A stretch of 63,346 bases of DNA, the filler included, from Rhizaria sp. SCN 62-66 (lineage: Eukaryota): the NCBI GenBank assembly GCA_001724265.1. It is 3 parts of 3 records of this genome, joined end to end, with 100 filler letters (N's around TTAATTAATTAA, not from the genome) between each part and the next. Parts side by side here need not be neighbours in the genome. Positions count along the whole stretch, not along the records: positions 1 to 22,849 come from MEDY01000435.1; positions 22,950 to 47,632 come from MEDY01000436.1; 1 more part is not named here. One strand, given 5' to 3'. Below, piece after piece: positions 22,490 to 32,200 of the stretch. The notes under the pieces were generated by a model. The model was not told the origin of the DNA. It did not search any database and was given only the letters and a program-made list of their open reading frames with translations. Position 1 is the stretch's first letter. Each line of letters opens with the position of its first letter. The position numbers and the translations under genes were made by a program.

Positions 22490-22849
22490 ATGGTACGTAT
22501 AGCATCTTTACGGCGTGTATTTTTTAGGTATTATTTTGCAGAGCTATTATCCCCAGCTTACTAGGTCGAAAACGGAATGGCGCACACCCGCTACCTCGCC
22601 ACACCGCACTCACTCTCCTCTTCCACTTATCCCCTCTTCTTCACCTGCCTTCGACCTGGCATGTGCTTTCGGTGGTCTCTCGCGCAGTCTGAGTCCAAGA
22701 AGCCGTTCCGCCAGTACTTCTTCCGCGGTGTCGAGGCCGAGAAGATGATTGACCTCACCGAGAAGGAGTTCATCGGCATGGTCCACTCCCGTGCCCGCCG
22801 CTGCTTCAAGCGCAACTCGATCAACGAGCACCTCCGCAAGCGCCTCACC
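22490..22849 (+). CDS. RPS15: 40S ribosomal protein S15 (uS19), 5' part, truncated by contig end
   Basis: ATG 22490-22492, intron 22493-22687 (GTACGT..CGCGCAG), then SESKKPFRQYFFRGVEAEKMIDLTEKEFIGMVHSRARRCFKR. This matches the eukaryotic uS19 N-terminus (KK.FR.F.FRGV...L.D....F......RARRR). Confidence 0.92.
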
Positions 22850-22949
22850 NNNNNNNNNNNNNNNNNNNNNNNNNNNNNNNNNNNNNNNNNNNNTTAATTA
22901 ATTAANNNNNNNNNNNNNNNNNNNNNNNNNNNNNNNNNNNNNNNNNNNN
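22850..22949. other. Artificial contig-joining linker N44-TTAATTAATTAA-N44
   Basis: Exactly 100 nt, with a 12-mer giving stops in all six frames. An identical copy is at 47633-47732, and genes are cut on both sides. Confidence 0.97.
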
Positions 22950-25098
22950 GGTGTGAACGGCGAGCGGCCGCCCAGCGGGGACACCGCCGCTGCCGCCGCC
23001 GCGGTGGCCGCGGCGGGGGACGACGGCAGCAGCGCGCCCGACGTTGGCTGCAGCGGCGTCGCCGAGTCGGCGGGATCATCGGACATCGCGGCGCCGGCAG
23101 TCGAGGCGGCGGCGGCGGCCACGGCGCGGAGGCCCGGCTCGAGCTTGGTGCGCGCCGCTGCCCAGTCGCGCGCGGGCGTCCTGCTCGGCGACTGCGCGCG
23201 CTTCTGTTGCTGCTGCTGTTGCTGTTGCTGACTCTGCGCTCGCTGGTCTTTCTCGGCGTGGGGCTGCGTCTTAACGGGCAGGAACAGCGCCGCGTCCTGG
23301 CCGCGCGCCGCGGCGGCCGGACTGGTCACCGCGCTGGCCGCCGCGCTGGCGCTCTGAGAGCCGGAGATCACGGCGGGCCGGAGCGCGGCGAGCATTTCGG
23401 TGACTGCAACGGCGAGATTCGAGGCCAGCTCAGCCAGCGCCACGGCCTGCCACGAGCCCTCAACGGCGACGGCGCCCTCGGTCGCCGCGGCGAGACGCGG
23501 CCCGCGGCGGCGGCCCGCCAGGCCCCGCGCCCGCGCTCGCGCCCAGCGCCGCTAGCGGCGACATGGCGGCGCGCGCACCCTTGCCGCGGGCGGAGGCGGC
23601 CGCGGGCGGCGAGGCCAGCAGCGCGTGCGTGTGCGCGGGCGAGCGCAGCGCAACCGTCTCCGTGGCCGCCGCGCTCGCCGCCGCGGTCGCCGCAGCCAGC
23701 AGCGCGCGCGGGCGCGCACTCCCACCGGCGCTAGAACTGGCGCTGGCGCTCGTGGTGGGGGGCGTGCGCAGCGGGCTAAGCGCGGCCTCGAGCCCCGCGG
23801 CGGCGGCGGCCGTGGCCGCGGCGGCGACCGAGGCGCGCGAGGGCGCGGGGACGGCCGCCAGCGCGCGCGACAGCCACGAGCGCGCGTGCGCAGCCACTAT
23901 CGCCGTCGTCGGCGGACTCGTCGGCGCAAGCGCAGGCGCAGCCGCAGCCGCCGGAGCAGTCTTAGCGTCCGCGGTGTCGACGTCGTTGGCGTTGTCGTTG
24001 TCGTCCGCAAGTGTCACGGCGGCCCTGGCGGCGCTGCGCGCGGCGGCGGTGGCGGCGGCGAGCGAGCCCACGCCCAGCGCAAAGCCCAGCGCGGCGAGGT
24101 GCGCGGCGCCCGTGCCCGCGCCCAGCACGAAGGCCCACGACTGCGTCTGCAGCGCGCGCACAGGCAGCAACAGCTGCGACCGGGACGCCGTCCCGCAGCC
24201 GGGCATCCGGGCCACTCTGGTCGCGGCGCCGGGCGGGGAGAGGGGCGCGGGGGACGACGTCGTCGTCGCCGCGGCGCCCGCGGTCGCGGCGGCCATCAGC
24301 GCAGCCACGTCGGCCGCCGAGGGCAACGCCCGCTTGCCCTTGCCGCTGCCGCTGCCGTTGCCGCCGCCGTTGCCGCTGCCGCCGCGGCCGCGACCCCCAG
24401 ACGCTGCCACGGGTGGCGACGCGGCGCTTGCTGACCCCGCCGCAGCGGCGGCGGCGGCGGCGGCAGCGGCAGCGGCGGCGGCAGCAGCGGCCTTGGAGCG
24501 CGCCTGCGGGCCCGCGAGGCCGGACATGGTGCCGGGGGGCAGCGGCGGCGGCAGCAGCGAAGATGGCAGCACGATGTTGGGCACGCGCTGCGAGCACATA
24601 AACGCCGCCAGCGCCGCGCGCGCCGCCCGCCACNNNNNNNNNNNNNNNNNNNNNNNNNNNNNNNNNNNNNNNNNNNNNNNNNNNNNNNNNNNCCGCCCGC
24701 CGCCGCGCGCGCCGCCGCCGCCGCCGCACCACCGCGCTCGCCACCGCGTCGGCGTCGGCGTCGGCGTCGGTGTCGGCGCTGGCGCTGGCGCTGGCGCGGC
24801 CGTGAGGCGTGGCGAGCAGCGCGGCAGCGGCGTTGGCGGCGCGCGCGGCGGCGGCGACGGCGGCGGCATCTGCGGGCGAAGGCAGCTCCTCGCGGAAGAC
24901 GCCGTAGCAGCCGGCGTGGACGACGGCACCACAATCGCAGCATCGCAGGAGCGGGTCCCACACGAGCTCCTCCTCCTCCTGCACTTCCGCTGCGTCCTTG
25001 CGCTCCAGCGCGCCCTCGCCGTCGCGCATCTGCACCTCGCCACCGCCGCTGTGACCGTGGCCGTAGCCGTCATGCGCGCAGCCGACAGTGCACGGGCC

Positions 25099-25133
<35 letters not shown>

Positions 25134-27549
25134 TCGAACTGGTGGGCGCGGCGTCGTCGCCGTCGCCGTCGCCGGAGAGTGCGCGCTTGGCGTGGAACTC
25201 GTCCGCCACGCGCCAGCTGCGCCCTGTCACCGGCCCAGCCACCGGGCCCGTTACAGAGCCGCCTGCAGTCCTCGCGGCGCCAGCGCGGGGACCGGAGCCG
25301 GCGCGGGGCGACATGACGCGGGGCGACAGGGCGCGGGACGACATGACGCGGGGCGACAGGGCGCGGGACGACATGACGCTTAGCAGCGAGGGGGTGCGCG
25401 GACTGTTATAGCCCTGCTGCTTCTGCTGTTGGAGCTGGAGCTGGAGCTGGAGCTGGAGCAGTGGCGAGAGAGGGGCCGCGGCGGGCGAGAGCAGCTGCAG
25501 CACCTGGCGCTGCTGCTGCGCGGTAAGCGCGGCCGCGAGCGCGGCCGCGGCGGGCACAGGCGGCGGCGCGAGCGGCGTGCTGAGCACTAGGCTCGCCACG
25601 CGCGCGCACAGCACGTGCAGCGGCCGCATCGAGCCCTCCTCCGCGCCCTCTGTGATCACACCCGCATTGGCTGTACTCGCGGTCGCTTTATTGTGATGCG
25701 CAGCGTCGACCGCGGCGGCAGCCTCGGCGGCGGCGGTGGCACTCTCGGCGTCAAGCCCCCAGCCCATGAGTGCGGCGCGCCAGGCGCGCACAGCGTCGTG
25801 GGCGCGCAGCGCGCGCGCGGCGCCGCGGCCGGGCCCGAAGCGCGCCGCGTCGCACGCCGCCGCGCCGGGCTTGCAGCACACCTCGCACACCACCACCGCG
25901 GGGGGCGCGGGCGGCGGCGGAACCGCGAGCGCGGGCACGGCCAGTGCCGTGGACGCGTACGGCGCCACAGCAGCCGGTGCAGACGCGGACGCGGAGGTGT
26001 GGGCACTGGGGACGGCGGCGTGGGCGGGCAGCGCGTCCGAGTCGAGCGGGGGCGAGAGAAGCGTTGGCACCGGCCCCGGCGCCTGCCGGCCGCGGCTGCG
26101 CACCGGACCGCGGCCCCTGGCGCTGTCACTCATGGGCGCATCAGCAGCGGCCGCAGCGGCGGCAGTCGTGACGGCCTTGAAGGGCGAGTTGCGGCACAGA
26201 GCGGCCGACTTCGCCTGCGACAGCTGGGACAGCTGGGTGCGCGACGGCGACTGCGGCGGCGTCCGCGCCTGCGCCTGTTGTGCCTGCAACTGCGGCGCTT
26301 GTTGTGACTGCGGCTGCTGCGGCTGCACGTGCTGCGGCTGCTGCAAGTCGGGCGGCTGATGCTCAAGCTGCTGCGACATCTGCGATTGCGAGAGGTCGGG
26401 CGCAGCCGCGAGCGTGAGGGGCTCCAGCGGCGGCGCCGACGAGTATGCGTACTGCGGCGACGCCGATGTCAGCGACGACAACGCCGCGCCCGCGCCCGAG
26501 CCCGCGTCGGCGTCTGCGTCCGCGTCGCCCATCGTCGCACCGCCGACGCTCTGCTCTGCTCTCGCATCTGCGCTGACGTCTACGGTGGCTTGCTCTACTC
26601 CTGCAGCAGTGACCGCTGTGGGACTCACTGGCGCAGGAGCGGGCGCATTCTGCGCAGCGCTGCTGCTGCGACTAAGAGTGTGGCTGCCAGCACGGCTCAC
26701 AGTGTGGCTGGCGTCGCCGGCCTCGGACTGGCGGGGCGTGGGCTCCAGCGGCGGCGGCAACTCGTCGTCCTCGGCGGACTCACCGGCAGCCGCAACAGCA
26801 TCGCCGTCTGCGTCGTTGTCAGTCATGGGCCTGCCGCGCGCGTCGGTGTCGTCCACTGCACCAGCGTCAGCGTCCGCGTCGACGAAGGCGGGGACTGCGG
26901 GCGCGGCGCGCGCGGAGCCTAGCGCGGCGACAAGTGCGTCGCCGGCCTTGGCGGAGCGGTCCGCGGCGGCGGCCGCAGCGGCCGCGGCGGCGGCCTCGGC
27001 GGCGGTGGCGAGTTTGCGGAGCTTGGCCTGCGCGCGCGCGGCGGCGGCGACGGCGTCCTGGACGCGCGCCTCGGCCGCGCGACGGTCTGGCAGCGGCGGC
27101 GAGTAAGTCGCGGGCACGTTCTGCGAGAGTTGGAGCACGAGCGCGTCGCCCGCGTCGTCCTCGGCGACGAGACGCGTGGCGTTGCGCAGGTGCTGCGCGA
27201 AGCGGACAAAGATCTCGCACGGCTGCATCTGCCGCAGCGTGAAGGGCTCGCGGCACTGCGGACACAGGTTGCTGTTGCGCGCCGCCATGCGCAGGCAGTC
27301 GCGGCAGAAGCGGTGCTCGCACTGCAGCGAGCAGGGGTTGCGCGCGACGGAGCAGCAGATGAGGCACGTCAGGTGCAGCTGCAGCTGCTCTAAGTGGCGC
27401 GCCGTCTCGGCTCGCATCACGCGCGCGCAAATCGCGTCCAGACTACCGTCCCGCTCGGGCTCCGGGGAGCGGCTCCGCACGGGGGTCGCCGGCGCCGAAG
27501 ACTGGGGCGACCCCGCGCGCGGGGAAAGCGAGGGGGAGTAGCCGTCCAT
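22950..27549 (-). CDS. BRCA1/BARD1-like protein: N-terminal C3HC4 RING, SQ-rich linker, PHD-type Cys/His motifs, degenerate BRCT; 3' end truncated
   Basis: ATG at 27549. RING: HLEQLQLHLTCLICCSVARNPCSLQCEHRFCRDCLRMAARNSNLCPQCREPF. SQ motifs: LSQSQMSQQ, LSQLSQ. PHD-like pieces: CEVCCKPGAAAC..LHVLCA and LLRCCDCGAVVHAGCYGV..FMCSQR. BRCT-like: HTHALL...LAAATEGAVAVEGSWQAVAL. Interrupted by a 59-N gap and an apparent frameshift near 23500. The RING is clear; BRCA1 orthology is inferred from architecture. Confidence 0.7.
24634..24692. other. Intra-scaffold sequence gap (59 N) in very GC-rich coding DNA
   Basis: N run without a linker. The Ala-rich reading frame differs on the two sides, so the gap length or flanking bases are inexact. 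Confidence 0.95.
25099..25131 (-). repeat. (TCA)11 coding microsatellite, poly-Ser
   Basis: Perfect (TGA)11 on the plus strand, inside the RING gene. Confidence 0.95.
25301..25379 (-). repeat. 30-nt tandem repeat (~2.6 copies) encoding VMSSRALSPR
   Basis: Plus-strand unit GCGCGGGACGACATGACGCGGGGCGACAGG; protein VMSSRALSPR-VMSSRALSPR-VMSPR. Confidence 0.92.
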
Positions 27550-28031
27550 GCGAGAGCGCAGCAAGATCGCTGGAGTCTCGAAGTTAAAAGGTTTGGCTGC
27601 GGAAAAAGAGGGGATAATATCTAGCTGTGAGGATATAATTTTGATTACATATACAAAGCATCGTGGGAATTTCTGAGTCACAGATCACATAGCTGTTAAC
27701 GGTCGTTTTGATGACGAGCGAAAGGAGATTAAGTCTGACTACAGTCGAGTCGTTTGGGCGCGCTCAGTCGGAGCGGGTGCCATCGTCGAATGGTGGATGG
27801 TGGGGGATGGGTCGAAACGACTCGATAGAACAACATTCACTGGTCGTCACTCAACAATGTCGTTGACGTTTTTGTGTAGATGTAGTGTGGATTAGTCTTT
27901 CCTTAGAACTGTATCTTCATCGCTGTCTGTTTTGTGGAGTTAAACCCGGCCTTCTCGCGCTCACCACACACTGTTCTTGACTTTCCTCCAGTCACCTTTC
28001 GTCCAAGCTACTGCGTTCAAACCAAGCCAGA
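27550..28031. promoter_or_regulatory. Putative bidirectional promoter between the BRCA1-like and CUE-like genes
   Basis: A 482-nt spacer between divergent ATGs. Positional inference only. Confidence 0.5.
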
Positions 28032-28874
28032 ATGCTACGTCACCAGACGTACAGCGCCCTGAGCGCGTCTGCAGCTATTATCCCTGGCAACGACCCCTTT
28101 GCGGGCTTCCCGTCCGGACTCTCGTCGTCGGCGAGCCGCGCCCGCAGCGCGACGCTGGCGCCAGGCCTGGTCGTGGCCCCCGAGATGCCGCCCGTGGCCA
28201 AGAGCCTTGCGCAGGCCGACGCGCTGGCGGCCGCGGCGCCGGTCCCCTCGCCGCGGCGCCTGGCCGCGATGACGCTGCCCGAACTCGCCGCCGCGGCCGC
28301 CGCCGCGCCCCTCGGCGACACGGCGGCCGAGGAGCAGATCGTACGCGCGCTCGCCGCCGCCCGCAAGGCGCGCGCAGACAAGCTCGACGCCTACATCCTG
28401 CAGGCCGAGGACGAGGCCGCAGCCGCCGCGACTACCGGCGCGGGCTCCGGCTCCGGCTCTGCCGGCGCCACCCGCGGCACGCGCGGCAGGACTGCCGCCA
28501 CTGCTGCCGCTGCTGCGGACGAGGAGTGGGAAAACGCCGACGCCTTCTTCATGCCGCCGCGCGCGCGGTCACGCTCGCCCGCCGCGGGCTCCACCGCGCA
28601 GCGCAACCCCACCCTTGAGGGCCGGCCGTCGGCGGCGCAGAACGCGAGCTTCACCTCCGGCGGCCTGCGCGGCAGCGACAGCGGCGTCGGCGAAGACAGC
28701 CTCGAGCGGCCTACGCTGCAGACTATGGCGTCGATCCTGTGTCTGCCGCGCCCGCTGACGGCCGCCGTAGCGGGGCAGCTCTCGTCCGTGCTTGACTCGG
28801 TTGGCGGGAACATGAACCGCGCCGTTGACAAGGTCTTGGAGGCTGGCGGGCTGGAAAAGGCCGTCAAGGGCTGA
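28032..28874 (+). CDS. 280-aa protein with a C-terminal CUE/UBA-like three-helix motif
   Basis: Single exon, ATG to TGA, Ala-rich frame. The C-terminus LQTMASIL...QLSSVLDSVGGNMNRAVDKVLE fits the CUE/UBA pattern (vL...ggn.e.Av..ll). The domain call is tentative. Confidence 0.7.
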   Translation: MLRHQTYSALSASAAIIPGNDPFAGFPSGLSSSASRARSATLAPGLVVAPEMPPVAKSLAQADALAAAAPVPSPRRLAAMTLPELAAAAAAAPLGDTAAEEQIVRALAAARKARADKLDAYILQAEDEAAAAATTGAGSGSGSAGATRGTRGRTAATAAAAADEEWENADAFFMPPRARSRSPAAGSTAQRNPTLEGRPSAAQNASFTSGGLRGSDSGVGEDSLERPTLQTMASILCLPRPLTAAVAGQLSSVLDSVGGNMNRAVDKVLEAGGLEKAVKG

Positions 28875-29237
28875 GCTCGCAACGTGTCCTCAGTCAACGT
28901 GCTCACAGTACGTGCGTGTGTGCGGACTGAAGAGCGAGTCAATGACACATTGCAACCAGGCCAACGCTCGGGCCATGTGACAGCACACATGATATATGAT
29001 TAGCACGTGACAACAATGACTCCGTAGATCGGCAATGGCGCTCGTTCTTGTCCAGGAACAAAACACAGTGTGATAAACTCAATGAGACACTGACAACTTT
29101 AAGAAATGAATAAAAAACATAGTTTGTTTATGAAATCGATTTAAGTAGCATTAAAACTAATATAGCGAATTGGTAACTCAAAAGTGCTAGTTAGATTCAA
29201 GTCGTAAATAAACACTGGTGTAGGAATGGTGAAACAA

Positions 29238-32200
29238 TTACAAGTGCCGCTGTCCAGCGACCGCCTGCAGTGAGCGCCGTTGCAACGTGGCCAGCGCGCC
29301 GAGCAGTCCGCGCGCGTCCCCGCCCAGCAACACCTCGGCCGCCGCAGCCACGTTGCTGTTGTTGCCGCTGCTTGTGCCGGGACGGCTGCCTGGCACTGCT
29401 GTGCCGCGCGAGTTGCGCTGTGCTGTGACGGGCCGCAGCCGCGGGCGCGGGTTGGCTGAGGGCGCGAAGTGGCTCGCGTTCACGGCCACCGCGCCCAGCG
29501 GCACGCGCTGAGTCTCCTGCGACTCCTTGTTCTGCTGCTGTTGTTGCTGATGACGGAGAGCAGACGCAGGAGTCGACGAAAGAAGACGCGCGAGCAGGCC
29601 GCCGCCGCGCGAAGAGGGCTCCAGCACCAGCACAACGGGCCGCGGCACGGCGTAGAGGCCGCCGTGCGCCACCGTCGCAAACACGTTGCATTTCGCGGCC
29701 ACACCGCTGCCGCACAGACAGGGCTCGGGTGCGGGCGTTGTGGAGTGGCAACGGGCGCGCGAGCATGCTGTGCTGCTGCAGCCGCAGTCCCAGTAGGCAT
29801 CAGCGCCCGCGCGCGCGCCCTCGTCGTCGTCAACAAACGCAGCGCACGCGGCGGCGACGAGCGGCGAGGCGTGGCCCAGCACGGGCGCGAGCGCGGCGGC
29901 GGCGCGCGGCCACTGCTGCTCGGGCCCGACGCTGTCGTAGCCCGCGCCGGCGAGCAGACACAGCTGCATCGCGCGCGCCGCGGCCGCGGCCGTGGCCACC
30001 GCGGCGGCCTCGGACGCGACCGAGGGTGCAAGCCGCGACCCGCGCTGGGTCTGGAACTGGTGCACCGCCACCCAAAGCCGCGTCGCGCGCGCGTGCGCAG
30101 CCAGCGCAGCGGGCCACGCCGCGGCCGCGTCGGCGGCTCCGCGTACACTGGCCACCGCCTCCGCGCCCGCGCCCGCGCGCGCCAGCGCCACCGTCAGCGC
30201 GGGCGCAGGCGCGTCAATCAGCGAGCCCAGTAGCACCGTTGCGCGCGCAAGCGCAAGCGCGGCCGCGGCCACGTGCGGCGCCGCAGCCTCTGTCTCGGCT
30301 TCGTCTTCGACCGCAGCGTCGTCCTCGCTCTCATTGTTGTCGGCGGCTCCGTCTGCGTCGGGGTCGGAGTCATCGAAGCTGTGGTGGCGGCGGTGCGTGT
30401 TCTTGGCCTTAGCCTTGGCTTCCTCACTGCGACGCACGGCGCCGCGGACGGCCTCGCGCATGCTATCGCGCGCGGTGTCGAGCAACGCCTCGGCGGCAGC
30501 GACGCGCCAGCCCCAGAGGGCGAGCAGGAGCGCGACCCACGTCTTGGGCGAGGCCGCGGCCGCCGCAGCGGGCACCAGGCGCGTGAACAGGTCGCCGACG
30601 CGCACGTCGGCGCCGGACCACAGCGCTTGCAGCAGCAGCGGCAGCCACCACGCGTGCTGCTGCGGTGAACCCGGCGCCTGTGTGGGCAGCGTAGGCGCCA
30701 AGAGCGGCGCGAGCGCCTCTGCCGTTGCCTGCGACGCAACCGAGTGCGGGAACAGTGCGCGCGCACGGAGTCTAGCGGCTCTCTCTCTGCCGGGCACGAC
30801 GCTGCCCGCGCGCTCGCAGTCGCCAGCGATGGCCGTCAGCAGCCGCGTGACAGCGCCGCCACGGCCCGCTTCGACCGACTCCTCCGCGAACGTCGCGGGC
30901 GTCATCGCCGGCAGCGTGCAGCCCGGGAGCCGCAGCGCCTTGGCCAGGGACAGCGCTGAGTCAAGCGCGTCCCGTGGCGCAACCTCGACTTCGGCGGCGG
31001 CCGCAGCAGCGGCACCAGCAGCTGCAGCCGCGGCGGGCAGCGGGGGGCCGGGCGCCGCAAACGCAGGCGCAAGCGCGGCGGCGCAAAGGGCCTCGCCCGC
31101 GCGAGCACCGGTCGCGGAGACGGTGAGCAGCGCCAGCGGTGGCACCGCGCCCGAAGCGCACGTGCCGCGTAGACGCAGCGCGCGCAGCAGCGTAAGTAGC
31201 TCGCCGCACGTGCCGGAGTCGGCGTCAGAGCCGCCGTCGGTGTTGCGGTTCTGACTGCGGCGAAGCGCAGCGGTGTAAGTCGCAGCGGCTGCCGCGCCGC
31301 CATCGCTGCGGGGCACGCGGTGGGGAGGCGCAACGGTGAGCAATAAACGTAACGCGGGCAGCGAGCGCGCGGCGACGAGCAGCCTGTGCGCGACGTGGCC
31401 CGCAGCAGGGACGACCGTGGGTGCGCCCGGCACCGCGCGCGTGGCCAGCCGCGCGCAGAGCATCCCGTCGAGGCCCGGCAGCGCGGGGCCGGGCGCGTGC
31501 ACCGGCGGCGCGCCCGCACACACCCAGCCCAGCACGCGCGACTCGAGAGCGTGCGCGCCGCGCGCTGCCTCGGCTGCCAAAAGCAGCACGCGCGCCAGAC
31601 CCGGCAGCGACGCCGAGCCTGCGGCTGCCTCTGCGGCGGCTGCCAAGTGCCATCCTGCGCAGAGCAGGCCTGCCGCAGCCGCAGCCATGACTGGTGCTGC
31701 CTGGGCAAGCGCTGTCACAGTGTAGGGCTCCAGCGGAAGCGCAAGTGGCGCTCCGGCAGGCGAGGTGACCGTGAGCAGCGCAGCCGCAGCTGCAGCGTCG
31801 CCGGTTTGCAGCACGCGGTGCACGAGCGCAGGCGCCAGGTGGCCGTGGCCGCGCGCCAACGCCACGTGGAGAGGTGTTACCAGCGCTGCCAGCGGCAACG
31901 GTGGCACCACGGCAGCATCCGAAGTCGCCGACGTCGAAGGCGTCGCGTAACGCGCAGCTGCATATTGGCTGGCCTCATCAGCCGAGTCGTGCGTTGCAGC
32001 CACCGGAGAGTCACAGCAGGCAGTGCGCGCGGGATGCTCCAGAAGCGGGTCGCGCGCGCGTAGAGCCACAAGCGCAGTGCCAGCGGAGGAAGCAGTTGCG
32101 GCAGCAGAAACCGCCGACGCTGTGATTGCTACCGCAGTGATGTCGCCCGGTGCGTCATCAGAGCCTGTGCTAAACCAGGCCCAGTTGCGCGGGTCGCCCA

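Noticed and set aside
22894-22905. TTAATTAATTAA palindrome (also 47677-47688) as a biological site or a gene stop
   Set aside because: Centred in identical 100-nt N linkers. It is an artificial six-frame stop spacer, so ORF ends there are not real.
25301-25379. 30-nt direct repeats as a CRISPR array
   Set aside because: Head-to-tail with no spacers, in frame within a eukaryotic CDS, and no cas genes are present.
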